Below, one piece after another: positions 26,495 to 34,980 of a stretch of 64,000 nucleotides of DNA (position 1 is the first letter of the stretch; the number at the start of each line of letters is the position of its first letter). Source of the stretch: an uncultured Clostridia bacterium (lineage in GTDB: Bacteria; Bacillota; Clostridia; Christensenellales; CAG-917); NCBI GenBank assembly GCA_947581925.1, contig CANPWB010000005.1, positions 6,128-70,127 of the forward strand. The letters are read 5' to 3'. The notes below the pieces were generated by a model. The model had not been told where the DNA came from. It made no database searches and saw only the letters and a list, made by a program, of their open reading frames with translations. The position numbers and the translations under genes were made by a program.

Positions 26495-27805
26495 ATGGAA
26501 AACGAAAATGAAAATGAGGAAGTCTTGCATATGACTGCCGAGAGCAGTTCGGACGGCCCGTCTCAAGAGGTAACATGCCCCGAGACAGGGGCGGAGGAGA
26601 CGATATCATCCGCCGACGAGCAAGCCGCTGAGACGGGCGGCGTGCTTTCATATATGGGTGAAAAAAAGCGCAAGCCGACTCCAGTCGAGGTACTCAAAAA
26701 ATATTGCAAACGCTATTTTATAGACGCCTTTACGGGCATGGCGCAGGGGCTTTTCTGTACGCTTATCGCGGGCACGATACTCGCGCAGATCGCAAGTTGG
26801 TGCGGGCAAAACGGCTTTGCGCTCACGCTCGACTACATCTCCCGCCTTGCGAAAGTGCTAATGGGCGCGGGCATAGGCGTAGGCATAGCGCACAAGCTGG
26901 GCGCAAAACCTCTCGTCATATTCTCCGCCGCGGTCACGGGGCTCGTGGGCGCGTTCGCGGGTCAACTGGTCGAGGCTCTTATTCACGGGACACACTTTGA
27001 CCTCGTAGTGCTGGATACGCTGAAAACGGCGAGCGTAGGCAATCCCATAGGCGCGTACATCGTGTCCCTGCTCACGGTGGAGATCGCGGGGCTGTACGCG
27101 GGCAAGACAAAGCTGGATATCGTGCTCGTGCCCTTGGGAATGATGGCGCTGTGCTTTGCGGGGATATTCGTCGCGTGGCCGTTCATCAAGCTCATAGACC
27201 TGTTTGCAAAGGCAATAGTGTTGCTCATCGACGCGGGGACGGCGGTCAAGGTGCTCACGGGCATAGTCGTGGCGATAGTCATGGGCGTGTTGCTCACAAT
27301 GCCTACGTCGTCGGCGGCGATATGGGTGGCTATCGCGACGTCGTCCATAGCGCTTGAAAATCCCGAGGCGTTCGCCATAGCGGGCGGCGCGGCTGTCGCG
27401 GGCTGCTCCGCGCATATGATAGGGTTCGCGGTGGCGACGATACGCGAAAACAAGTTGAGCGGGCTCATTTCGCAGGGCATAGGCACGTCCATGTTGCAGA
27501 TACCGAATATAATGAAAAAGCCTATAATCATGCTGCCGGAAATAATCGCGAGCGCGATAGCGGGGCTTGTCGCCGTGCTTATGGGACTTCGTTGCGACGC
27601 GGCGGGCGGCGGTATGGGCACCAGCGGGCTCGTAGGCGTGTTCAGAACGATAGATATGTCCTTGCAGGCGGGACTTCCGCAGTGGCAGGTCGCGCTCGGC
27701 GTCATACTCTGCCTGTTTGTAATACCCGCGGCCGTCAGCTTTTTTGCGGATATGGGGTTAAGAAAACTCGGCAAGATAAAGTCCGAGGACGTAACGCTTT
27801 CGTGA
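26495..27805 (+). CDS. Polytopic membrane protein, PTS EIIC_2-like, with an acidic ~55-aa N-terminal extension
   Basis: An AGGAGG RBS lies 8 nt upstream. The body (..YFIDAFTGMAQGLFCTLIAGTILAQI.., ~10 TM) resembles the PTS_EIIC_2-type family as I remember it. This is not verified. Confidence 0.45.
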   Translation: MENENENEEVLHMTAESSSDGPSQEVTCPETGAEETISSADEQAAETGGVLSYMGEKKRKPTPVEVLKKYCKRYFIDAFTGMAQGLFCTLIAGTILAQIASWCGQNGFALTLDYISRLAKVLMGAGIGVGIAHKLGAKPLVIFSAAVTGLVGAFAGQLVEALIHGTHFDLVVLDTLKTASVGNPIGAYIVSLLTVEIAGLYAGKTKLDIVLVPLGMMALCFAGIFVAWPFIKLIDLFAKAIVLLIDAGTAVKVLTGIVVAIVMGVLLTMPTSSAAIWVAIATSSIALENPEAFAIAGGAAVAGCSAHMIGFAVATIRENKLSGLISQGIGTSMLQIPNIMKKPIIMLPEIIASAIAGLVAVLMGLRCDAAGGGMGTSGLVGVFRTIDMSLQAGLPQWQVALGVILCLFVIPAAVSFFADMGLRKLGKIKSEDVTLS

Positions 27806-27940
27806 GCTTAATAGGCGAGGCATAAAATAAAAACCATGTTTTGTGCGTTGGCGGAGCCCGTAGGCGGAGCCCGTAAAAGTCCAATCAAGCCACTTTAAGA
27901 TGTCGAAAGATTGTGTTTCTGCATCGGAGTCATGTTTATA

Positions 27941-27999
27941 CAGGCTCGACATAACAACTTGATCTCCGCTGTCATCCTGAGCGAAGTCGAATGATCCCC
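27941..27999. repeat. P element, degenerate copy
   Basis: The right arm TGTCATCCTGAGCGAAGTCGAATGATCCCC (27970-27999) is intact. The left arm is decayed (CAGGCTCGACATAACA). Confidence 0.7.
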
Positions 28000-28055
28000 A
28001 TCAGACAAATAATAATTCGAGCGCAAGACGCATTTTGCGCTTAATATGAGGCAAT

Positions 28056-28622
28056 ATGAGGTCAAGCATATCTCCAAAAGCGAAACGCCTCACGGGCTGG
28101 ATGGCTCTTACGGCGGCGGTGTGTGCGGGCGCGCTTGCGGTCGCGGTAGTGTTGTTCTTCGAGGTATGGTGGGCGGGGCTCATCGCGCTTGCCGTGAGTA
28201 TGCTCTGCGGCGTGGCGACGGTGCTACTATTTATGGCGTACCAAGCGGACAGGCGCCGTAGCATGCGCGCCACCGAGGATGAAGAAGAGGAGCAGAGGAT
28301 AATGTCTATGCTTGAAAATGCGCGCTCTCAAAGAGCAATGAAAGAGGCCGAGGCAGAAGAAGTGACAGTTGTAAAAGATAACATATCTGAGACTCCGTCT
28401 GAAAAAGAGGAGACAAATGCGGAAAATACTTCCGTTTCCGACGCTGAAAACCTAACGAAAAAGGACGGAGAGCGCGCACATGTAGATGTGGACGACGCGA
28501 AAGCTCCGACCACACTCGAGATGCGCCCGCCGCTCAAGCTGCTCACCGTCGAGGAGGCGAAAGCGCATATGAAAGGCGGCAAAAAAGAAAGTGGTGATAA
28601 TGCGCAAGATGACAAAAACTAG
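28056..28622 (+). CDS. Small membrane protein with a charged low-complexity C-terminal half
   Basis: 188 aa with a GAGG RBS, two predicted TM helices and then a Glu/Lys/Asp-rich tail. Confidence 0.55.
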   Translation: MRSSISPKAKRLTGWMALTAAVCAGALAVAVVLFFEVWWAGLIALAVSMLCGVATVLLFMAYQADRRRSMRATEDEEEEQRIMSMLENARSQRAMKEAEAEEVTVVKDNISETPSEKEETNAENTSVSDAENLTKKDGERAHVDVDDAKAPTTLEMRPPLKLLTVEEAKAHMKGGKKESGDNAQDDKN

Positions 28623-28683
28623 GGTTAAACCTGTGTTTTTGTACAAATAAAATTTTGATTTTATTTATAGGAGGCAAAGAATC

Positions 28684-29250
28684 ATGTTGGATGCAGTTCT
28701 CAAAAAAATGTCCGCGCCCGCGAGGATATCCGTTAAGGGCGCGATCGCAGTCGTGCTTGCGGCGCTCGCCGTAGGGCTCCCTCAAATCGCGCACATCGTT
28801 GGCGGCGCAGCGGCAGGATCGGTGTGGATGCCCATGTATCTGCCCGTGCTGCTCGCGGGCTGTTTGCTAGGGTGGCATTGGGGCTTGCTTGTCGGCGTGC
28901 TCTCGCCCATCGTGAGTTTCGGGTTTACGACTCTCGCACTGAACAGCGCAATGCCCGCGCTTGAGCGTTTGCCGTATATGACGCTGGAGCTTGCCGCATT
29001 CGGCGCGGTTTCGGGCGCGTTCACGGGGCTTATGAAAAAGAGCGTGTTTGCCGCATTTCCCGCGGTGCTTGCGGCGCAGGTGGCGGGCAGGGCGGTATAC
29101 GTCGTATACAATCTCATAGCGGGCAAGAGTTTTGCCTCTCTCATGAGCTCGGTACAAACGGGGCTTGTCGGGCTGTATGCGCAACTCATCATCGTGCCGC
29201 TTGTCGTCATAGCGGTGTATGCCATCATCAAGCGCGCGGACAGGGAGTGA
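28684..29250 (+). CDS. ECF-transporter S (substrate-binding) component, substrate unknown
   Basis: 188 aa with ~6 TM. The pattern LPQIAHIVGGAAAGSVWMPMYLPVLLAGCLLGW is typical of ECF S components. There are no ECF A/T genes nearby. Confidence 0.6.
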   Translation: MLDAVLKKMSAPARISVKGAIAVVLAALAVGLPQIAHIVGGAAAGSVWMPMYLPVLLAGCLLGWHWGLLVGVLSPIVSFGFTTLALNSAMPALERLPYMTLELAAFGAVSGAFTGLMKKSVFAAFPAVLAAQVAGRAVYVVYNLIAGKSFASLMSSVQTGLVGLYAQLIIVPLVVIAVYAIIKRADRE

Positions 29251-29291
29251 CCCTCCGCGCATTGGCGAAATTTTGGAATGTTAAACACCTA

Positions 29292-29328
29292 CTCTCCGAC
29301 TTTTCGTATGAAACAGCGGAGAGTTTTT
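29292..29328 (+). terminator. Hairpin plus T-run after the ECF-S gene
   Basis: CTCTCCG-17 nt loop-CGGAGAG followed by TTTTT. Confidence 0.6.
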
Positions 29329-29365
29329 GACCTGTGACAGGTTATGAAAGGAGGAGGAGAAAGTT

Positions 29366-29767
29366 ATGAGCGAGGACGGCAGAGGGAGCTATCTCATAAT
29401 CAAAAACCACGGTCAAGTCGTGAGGTTTTTCGAGCATGGCATAAAAAACTTGTGGCAAGCGGCGGCAGGCGAGGACAAAATATTGCAGGGCGCGGACGTC
29501 GAGGACAGCATTGTCGGCAAGGCGGCGGCGCTGCTTATGATTTGCGGCGGAGTGAAGAGCGTAAAGGCGGGCGTACTCAGCGAAGGCGGCAAAGCCGCGC
29601 TCGAGGAGTACGGCGTGCCCTATGCCTATGACGTCCTTGTCTCAAACATAATCAACCGCAAGGGCGACGGCATATGTCCCATGGAGGAAGTCGCAAAGGA
29701 CTGCGATCCGTCAAACATCGTCGCCGCGATAGAGCGCAAACTCATCGCTCTCGGCATGCTGAAGTAG
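29366..29767 (+). CDS. DUF1893-like protein
   Basis: 133 aa. The pattern ..IVGKAAALLM..NRKGDGICPMEE.. matches my memory of DUF1893 (TM1506-like). Not verified. Confidence 0.55.
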   Translation: MSEDGRGSYLIIKNHGQVVRFFEHGIKNLWQAAAGEDKILQGADVEDSIVGKAAALLMICGGVKSVKAGVLSEGGKAALEEYGVPYAYDVLVSNIINRKGDGICPMEEVAKDCDPSNIVAAIERKLIALGMLK

Positions 29768-29813
29768 CGCCCGGCCCTATTTGAGCGATAAACAGGAATT
29801 TAACGGAGAAAAT

Positions 29814-30314
29814 ATGAGTTTTTCGATTGAAGCCACGGATCTTCATTGGTTGGAAGGCATTGATGAACGAGAGGACCTGTGTTTGCATGGTCACGCCGTC
29901 GCCTATATCGGGGGCAGGCGGTTGGAGTATGATGCCACGGTCAGTGCTTCTGCGCTCTATCTGCTAAAAACATTGACTGAAAATCATGTAATCCATACCG
30001 ACAATCAGCTATTTCCTTGCTGTGGATTTTCGATCTTCGCAAACGAAACATTGGACAATGTGATCATATGTGGATGCAATAACGGAATCGATTGGTCGGT
30101 TTTTCACGACAGGGATAAGGTAATTTTGGTATTGGAGGACGGTATAAGAGAAGAAATTTCGCTTGAAGAGTACAAACGATTCGTCTTTGCCTTTGCAGAT
30201 AAAGTTGAAGCATTTTATAAATCTTGCGCTCCCAAAATACTTCCAAACGACAAAATCGATCGGGACGGCTATCTCGCGTTTTGGACTGAATGGCACAGAA
30301 GAAGAAATCAATAA
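29814..30314 (+). CDS. Hypothetical protein (island cassette 1)
   Basis: 166 aa from ATG 29814, with GGAG 5 nt upstream. The track starts at TTG 29781. It is Cys-rich (PCCGF, ICGCNNGIDW), and I recognised no family. Confidence 0.55.
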   Translation: MSFSIEATDLHWLEGIDEREDLCLHGHAVAYIGGRRLEYDATVSASALYLLKTLTENHVIHTDNQLFPCCGFSIFANETLDNVIICGCNNGIDWSVFHDRDKVILVLEDGIREEISLEEYKRFVFAFADKVEAFYKSCAPKILPNDKIDRDGYLAFWTEWHRRRNQ

Positions 30315-30331
30315 ATTTCAATATAGCGAGG
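30313..30331 (+). other. Cassette-junction motif copy
   Basis: AAATTTCAATATAGCGAGG. It begins inside the TAA of cassette 1 and ends 8 nt before ATG 30340. Confidence 0.7.
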
Positions 30332-30339
30332 TTTGTAGT

Positions 30340-30792
30340 ATGAAAAAGAAATTATCTATATTTGTGTCTTTTTTGTTATTAATATTATCGTTGACATTGA
30401 CGGCGTGCGGCTCTACCAAAGCAAAAATATATGGCATAGTTGCTTGTATAGGTTTGCCCGAAGATGACGACGCGGCATATGGCGTTTATAATTCGCCCTA
30501 TGCCGATAAAACAACGCTTGTGGAAGACGATTATGTTTTAGAAGTCGGCAAAACATATCACATTTTGGTTGCCTATTCTGCCGGCGGCGGTAGTCAATAC
30601 CCCGTAATTACTAATCCCGAAAGCGTCATTTTCAATTATGATACCGACGCTTTGGAAATTCAATCTGTAACGCCAAACGACGGAGAAATAAAGCATTATG
30701 CTTTGACTTGTAAACAAGCAATACGTTATTCGGCTATTTTAATAGAGCTTGATGAATATTCTTATACTATAATCGTAAGTACAAATCAGTAA
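30340..30792 (+). CDS. Small lipoprotein (island cassette 2)
   Basis: MKKKLSIFVSFLLLILSLTLTAC|GS gives a signal peptide plus lipobox. It is AT-rich. The track ORF 30163.. is an upstream extension that overlaps cassette 1. Confidence 0.65.
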   Translation: MKKKLSIFVSFLLLILSLTLTACGSTKAKIYGIVACIGLPEDDDAAYGVYNSPYADKTTLVEDDYVLEVGKTYHILVAYSAGGGSQYPVITNPESVIFNYDTDALEIQSVTPNDGEIKHYALTCKQAIRYSAILIELDEYSYTIIVSTNQ

Positions 30793-30795
30793 TAT

Positions 30796-30814
30796 AAATT
30801 TCAATTTAGTGGAG
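30796..30814 (+). other. Cassette-junction motif copy (consensus form)
   Basis: AAATTTCAATTTAGTGGAG, 3 nt after the cassette 2 stop. Confidence 0.7.
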
Positions 30815-30826
30815 CAAGATGAAAAA

Positions 30827-31399
30827 ATGGAAGTAAAAAATTTGCTCGACGCAAAAGATAGGGACGAGTTTCGGGCATGGCTTGAATTAAATCACGCGAA
30901 GGAAAGCGAATGTTGGGTGGTAGTAAAGCGCGGCAGACCGCTGGGCGGCGACACTTTTTGGTATGTGGACGCCGTGGAGGAAGCGTTGTGTTTCGGTTGG
31001 ATAGACAGTACGACCAAAAAATTGTCAAACGTCGTTACGGCTCAAAAATTTGCGCCGCGCAAAAAAGGGAGTTTGTGGTCTGAACTCAACAAGGAGCGTT
31101 GCCGCAGAATGGAAAGACTCGGCAAAATGACGGACGCGGGGCGCGCCGTTCTTCCCGATATGTCAAAAAGCGGTTTTGTGATAGACGAGGTCATTTTGAA
31201 AGCATTGCAAGCGGACGAAGAAGTATGGGCGAATTTTCAAAAATTCCCCGACCTGTACAAAAGAGTTCGGATCGATACCATTCAAATCAAGAAAAAGATA
31301 CCGGCTTTATTTGAACGCCGGTTGGATAAATTCATTTCCAACACGCGGCAGGGCATTATGTATGGCGAATGGAATGACGGCGGAAGGTTGCTGTATTAA
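30827..31399 (+). CDS. YdeI/OmpD-associated family protein (island cassette 3)
   Basis: 190 aa. The pattern ..FRAWLELNHAKESECWVVV..VDAVEEALCFGWIDS..KGSLWSELNKER.. is typical of the YdeI (bacteriocin-protection) family as I remember it. Confidence 0.65.
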   Translation: MEVKNLLDAKDRDEFRAWLELNHAKESECWVVVKRGRPLGGDTFWYVDAVEEALCFGWIDSTTKKLSNVVTAQKFAPRKKGSLWSELNKERCRRMERLGKMTDAGRAVLPDMSKSGFVIDEVILKALQADEEVWANFQKFPDLYKRVRIDTIQIKKKIPALFERRLDKFISNTRQGIMYGEWNDGGRLLY

Positions 31400-31421
31400 A
31401 TCAAATAGCGGAGGAAACGGT

Positions 31422-31937
31422 ATGTCGATGAAGTGCTTTTTGGCTTTGGAAACGTCGCTGCAAAAGACGGCATACAAATATAAAGATATTTTGCCCACAA
31501 TTGAGAGCGGCGATATGTGGTATGACGGCGGCATAGCGTTTCGCGCTGAGCTGTCCGAGCAGGAAAAGTGCTGTTTGGGCGATGTTTTCAAGGGCTTTAG
31601 CTTTTATGCGATAGACAGCGAGTTTGGGCTTGAATACGAAACGCGGTACAGCACTGTAATATCCAAAAGCTATGCGACAAACGCGCTTGAAGAGCTGAAA
31701 TGGCTCAAAGCGTTTGCAAAAAAACAGCTTATGAGGCAGGACGTATTTATGCTGGTCAACCTTTGGCTTGGGCGAAAGACCGCTATCAAGGGGCAAAAGG
31801 TCATCGACGTAAATGGGTGGCAATTGTCCGCGGACAGCGATTTTACTTTTGATTACGGAGTCGTCTACAAATTTGTAGACAACTCTTCAGAGGCGACAGA
31901 GCGCCGCCGCCAAAGGGCTATGCGCTTTTCGACTTGA
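31422..31937 (+). CDS. Hypothetical protein (island cassette 4)
   Basis: 171 aa from ATG 31422, preceded by AAATCAAATAGCGGAGG. No family recognised. Confidence 0.5.
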   Translation: MSMKCFLALETSLQKTAYKYKDILPTIESGDMWYDGGIAFRAELSEQEKCCLGDVFKGFSFYAIDSEFGLEYETRYSTVISKSYATNALEELKWLKAFAKKQLMRQDVFMLVNLWLGRKTAIKGQKVIDVNGWQLSADSDFTFDYGVVYKFVDNSSEATERRRQRAMRFST

Positions 31938-31962
31938 AGTGTTTGCGAACTTATAGTATTAT
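31934..31962 (+). promoter_or_regulatory. Possible internal promoter (TTGAAG-17-TATTAT)
   Basis: -35 at 31934-31939, a 17-nt spacer, -10 at 31957-31962. This lies in the one junction that lacks the junction motif. Confidence 0.35.
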
Positions 31963-32011
31963 TATAGCTACAAACAGGAGTGTGGAAGAAGTGGGAGTTG
32001 TGACTCATCAT

Positions 32012-32335
32012 ATGAAATTGGCGCCTTTTGCTTTCAAAGCTATTATTGCAGGGGAAAAGGCGATAGAAATGCGCCTTTATGACGAAAAACGCGCAAAAAT
32101 AAAGGTCGGCGATGAAGTAGAATTTGAGGATACGGCTACTCATTGGAAAATAAAATGTATTGTTGTAGATCTCACACGTTATAGAGATTTTCAAGAATTA
32201 TATTCAAGCGTCGATAAGGTAGCAATCGGATACAAAGCAAACGAAACAGCGAACCCAGAGGATATGTGCGCATTTTATTCTCCCGAACAGATAAATAAGT
32301 ATGGAGTATTGGCAATAGGGATCAGAATGATATAG
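32012..32335 (+). CDS. ASCH-domain protein (island cassette 5)
   Basis: ~107 aa. The sequence MKLAPFAFKAIIAGEKAIEMRLYDEKRAKIKVGDEVEF.. is an ASCH-type beta-barrel pattern. An upstream GTG start at 31991 is also possible. Confidence 0.55.
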   Translation: MKLAPFAFKAIIAGEKAIEMRLYDEKRAKIKVGDEVEFEDTATHWKIKCIVVDLTRYRDFQELYSSVDKVAIGYKANETANPEDMCAFYSPEQINKYGVLAIGIRMI

Positions 32336-32374
32336 TATAATTTTAGCGATAATCTGGAATTTAGTGGAGAGATT

Positions 32375-33208
32375 ATGTATTTTGAAGATATTCCTTGTTA
32401 CACGCAGTTTGAGGCAGTAGAGCAAAGCGTTGCGAAAACGCTACTATCCGTCTGTGATACCGCTGAATTTTTTGGCAGTGATATTTATGGGCTGAAAGAT
32501 ATTTACGATTTGTACGGCACTCAATATGAAGATATCATTCCCGCTTTTCTATATTCTCGGCACGGAGAAAGTGACGGAAGAATGTGTGGCAATCTTTTCC
32601 GCTTCCGATTGACCGAACCGCTCAAAAGACACATTCTCGACGAGAGCCTTACCTGTATGTTCGGGGGCGAGCCGCCTTTACTGGAAAATCTGGCTCTGTT
32701 TCAAGGCGAAAAATGCCTGTTTTCCTGCGTTTCGCATGAGGTCTTTTCGCTGTACCACATGGCAGAAGTGGACGACAGCCTCAAAGACGCGGTGTTGTCT
32801 GCCGTAAACGATGCAATCAAGAAACTGCCGCTCTACGGGCAAATGCTAAAGATTGCGTTGGGCTTGAAAAACAAGGCAAAAGCCGAGCTGGAAAAAGAGA
32901 TTCGCATTCTCCGCGACTTGTGTTGTTATGTCGATGAAGCGGTACACTACTATTTTTATATGGTGCCCTCACAGCCTTGCGACTTCCCGAAGTTTCGGCA
33001 AATTGCAAAAAGCTACCTGACCCAAGATACATATTCTGTCCTCATTCCTCTGAACAGTTTTGCCGACCTGCAACCGCTTCCCATTCCCAAAACGCCGAAT
33101 GAGGCTATTTCTAACAGAGAAAAATTCGCACCGCAGTATCTGCAAAGTGACTATTACAAGCAAGTCGAGCGAGAACTGAGTATGTTGGAATACATTATGA
33201 AACCATAA
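32375..33208 (+). CDS. Hypothetical protein (island cassette 6)
   Basis: 277 aa, preceded by GGAATTTAGTGGAG. No family recognised. Confidence 0.55.
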   Translation: MYFEDIPCYTQFEAVEQSVAKTLLSVCDTAEFFGSDIYGLKDIYDLYGTQYEDIIPAFLYSRHGESDGRMCGNLFRFRLTEPLKRHILDESLTCMFGGEPPLLENLALFQGEKCLFSCVSHEVFSLYHMAEVDDSLKDAVLSAVNDAIKKLPLYGQMLKIALGLKNKAKAELEKEIRILRDLCCYVDEAVHYYFYMVPSQPCDFPKFRQIAKSYLTQDTYSVLIPLNSFADLQPLPIPKTPNEAISNREKFAPQYLQSDYYKQVERELSMLEYIMKP

Positions 33209-33245
33209 AAGAGGCAAATAGAAATTTAATGAATAGATGCGAAAT

Positions 33246-33265
33246 AAATTTCAATTTGCAAGGAG
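33246..33265 (+). other. Cassette-junction motif copy
   Basis: AAATTTCAATTTGCAAGGAG, ending 6 nt before ATG 33272. Confidence 0.7.
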
Positions 33266-33271
33266 AGCCCT

Positions 33272-33679
33272 ATGAACAAAATAAAACAATTGCTGATTGT
33301 TTTGACAATTTGCATTATACTTGCGGGATTTGTCGTTTTGCTATACCTTCTCGACCCGGCTTTTGTCCCCGACGCATACAGAATTATTTCAATGGTAATT
33401 GTCGTTTCCTGGGCGTTTTTTATCATTCCGTCCATACTTTTCGGCGTGCAGTTGGCAAAAAAATATTTTGAAGGCAAATCTCCCGAGCATGCTTTTAGGG
33501 ACGGAGTACGCGTCGGCGTAATTTTTGGCTTCGGCGGGTTCCTTGTATTGAGTCTGCTTGTCTCCCCCATAACGGGAATATTGTGGTATATACATACCAT
33601 CAAAGAAATCGTCCTATCAAAAAAAAATAAAAATGAATATTCGGACAAATCGAGTGAAAACGATATTTTCAATACTTAA
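33272..33679 (+). CDS. Small membrane protein (island cassette 7)
   Basis: 135 aa with 3-4 predicted TM helices. Confidence 0.55.
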   Translation: MNKIKQLLIVLTICIILAGFVVLLYLLDPAFVPDAYRIISMVIVVSWAFFIIPSILFGVQLAKKYFEGKSPEHAFRDGVRVGVIFGFGGFLVLSLLVSPITGILWYIHTIKEIVLSKKNKNEYSDKSSENDIFNT

Positions 33680-33719
33680 AAGAAATCAAAAAACTATAAG
33701 CTTAGCGGAGGAACCTGTT

Positions 33720-33935
33720 ATGAAAGAGGTAAAGATCGAAAAATGCCCGTTCTGCGGCGGAGAAAATTTTATCGAAACAAAAGTCAACTCTTATGGCAGC
33801 TCATATCTCAGACCTTTGAAGAAAAAGGGTCTGCGCAGCGCCACGCTTTTTGCGACGGTTTGTACGGATTGCGGCAGCGTAGTCCGCACCTATGTCAGAT
33901 CGCCCCAAAAACTCTTGCCCAAAAAGGAAAGGTAG
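33720..33935 (+). CDS. Zinc-ribbon protein (island cassette 8)
   Basis: 71 aa from ATG 33720, after GCGGAGG. Two CxxC pairs are present (CPFCGG .. CTDCGS). Confidence 0.55.
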   Translation: MKEVKIEKCPFCGGENFIETKVNSYGSSYLRPLKKKGLRSATLFATVCTDCGSVVRTYVRSPQKLLPKKER

Positions 33936-33943
33936 GAGCAATC

Positions 33944-33960
33944 GGATTTCAATTTAAGAA
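33944..33960 (+). other. Terminal junction motif copy with no downstream gene
   Basis: GGATTTCAATTTAAGAA, 8 nt after the cassette 8 stop and directly abutting the left direct repeat. Confidence 0.6.
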
Positions 33961-33964
33961 CTTA

Positions 33965-34081
33965 CACACCTTTTACGCCCGGTCAAACACGCTTTGTCAC
34001 ATCGCTTACGCCCGGTCATTGAGTATTTCGGCATAAAAACGACGTCGGCAGCCTTGCTGTCGATGTCGTTGCAGAATGATG
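33965..34081 (+). repeat. Direct repeat, left copy (decayed duplicate of the ispDF terminator region)
   Basis: The last 76 nt (34006-34081) match 35021-35096 with 3 mismatches. Two of these fall in the hairpin arm (CTGTCGATGTCGT versus CTGCCGACGTCGT). The first 20 nt match 18/20. Confidence 0.9.
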
Positions 34082-34100
34082 ATTTAGGCATAATTTGACC

Positions 34101-34574
34101 TCAATTTTTGATGTCCGATATTGAAAGCGTCAACCCGAGAGGCTCCAACATTCGCATAAACGTAGTGAGTTGAGGGTCGGTGATCCCCCTCTCCGTGCGG
34201 GCAATACACGGCTGAGGAATGCCCGAGAGCACCTCGAGCTGTTTTTGGGTCAGATGAGCGGATCTTCGCGCCTTGACAAACTCTTCGATAAGTTTTTGCC
34301 TGTCGGCAGTCATATCGCTTGGCGGGGCGCAGGGCGAACCTTTTTCGTACAGCCCGTCAGCGGCGATGTCGAGGTCGTCATTCCAGACGAGACCGTATCC
34401 GCCCACATCTATTTTCACCTGTTCATACAACCCTTCGACTTGCCTTAGGGACTTGAACGGCGCATATTTTTCTATGAGTGGTTTTAAATCGAATTGCTTG
34501 TATTCGCCCGTCGCAAACCCCACCAGCAGAATGTAGTCGGGCAATGCGGCGACAGATGTTATCTTTACAAACAC
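34101..34574 (-). CDS. DUF2442-domain protein fused to a C-terminal XRE-type HTH
   Basis: 157 aa. The N-terminus MFVKITSVAALPDYILLVGFATGEYKQFDLKPL.. is DUF2442-like. The C-terminus RRSAHLTQKQLEVLSGIPQPCIARTERG is HTH_3-like. Confidence 0.75.
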   Translation of the reverse strand: MFVKITSVAALPDYILLVGFATGEYKQFDLKPLIEKYAPFKSLRQVEGLYEQVKIDVGGYGLVWNDDLDIAADGLYEKGSPCAPPSDMTADRQKLIEEFVKARRSAHLTQKQLEVLSGIPQPCIARTERGITDPQLTTFMRMLEPLGLTLSISDIKN

Positions 34575-34595
34575 GGCATTTTCTCCTGTTTTAAT

Positions 34596-34850
34596 TTATT
34601 CTATAGGCGGCAGAGCGTGAATGTCCTGCGTATTCCACATCTCGAGGAGCTCTTGTTGATGTAGCTCCGCCCATTCTCTCACAAGTTTATAGGCTTTATC
34701 GGGCAGATCCCCTTGCAACATTTCGAGAGACCGTATGTCGATTATCCCGACATAGTCGCCGTAGATCGCATGTATGTGCGGTGGATTGTGTTCCGCCCCG
34801 AAAAAGAACATTTTGATGACCATTCCGTAAAATCTTGATATGACAGGCAT
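34596..34850 (-). CDS. DUF4160-domain protein
   Basis: 84 aa. MPVISRFYGMVIKMFFFGAEHNPPHIHAIYGD is the hallmark DUF4160 N-terminus. Confidence 0.8.
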   Translation of the reverse strand: MPVISRFYGMVIKMFFFGAEHNPPHIHAIYGDYVGIIDIRSLEMLQGDLPDKAYKLVREWAELHQQELLEMWNTQDIHALPPIE

Positions 34851-34877
34851 TTGAATACTCCTTGCGTTAGTGTGGAT

Positions 34878-34906
34878 ATTATAGCATATTAAGTATTATA
34901 TGTCAA
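34878..34906 (-). promoter_or_regulatory. Promoter of the DUF4160/DUF2442 module (TTGACA-17-TATAAT)
   Basis: Minus strand: -35 at 34906-34901, a 17-nt spacer, -10 at 34883-34878. The AT-rich spacer holds ATATTA-type repeats that could be an operator. Confidence 0.7.
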
Positions 34907-34980
34907 TAGCAATAAAGTTATTATATTGTTTTCCACTGCTAAAAGCAAAAAATATATTGCCGATAAAAACGGAAAAGCCA

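Noticed and set aside
27846-27875. Short tandem GGCGGAGCCCGTA x2 after the EIIC-like gene.
   Set aside because: There are only two 13-nt units in a decayed repeat remnant, with no structure or conservation elsewhere in the window.
30163-30339. N-terminal extension of the lipoprotein ORF (track 30163-30792), and similar track extensions at 31311, 31934, 33633, 36749, 2961-3785 and 60501.
   Set aside because: The extensions overlap the preceding gene or non-conserved sequence. An internal ATG with an SD and a conserved or signal-peptide N-terminus gives the sensible start in each case.
29781-33960. Classical integron cassette array.
   Set aside because: The spacers are 22-74 nt and lack attC-like 60-140-nt imperfect palindromes with RYYYAAC/GTTRRRY cores. 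There is no intI-type integrase or attI in the window. The conserved junction motif is reported as a separate, unexplained feature.
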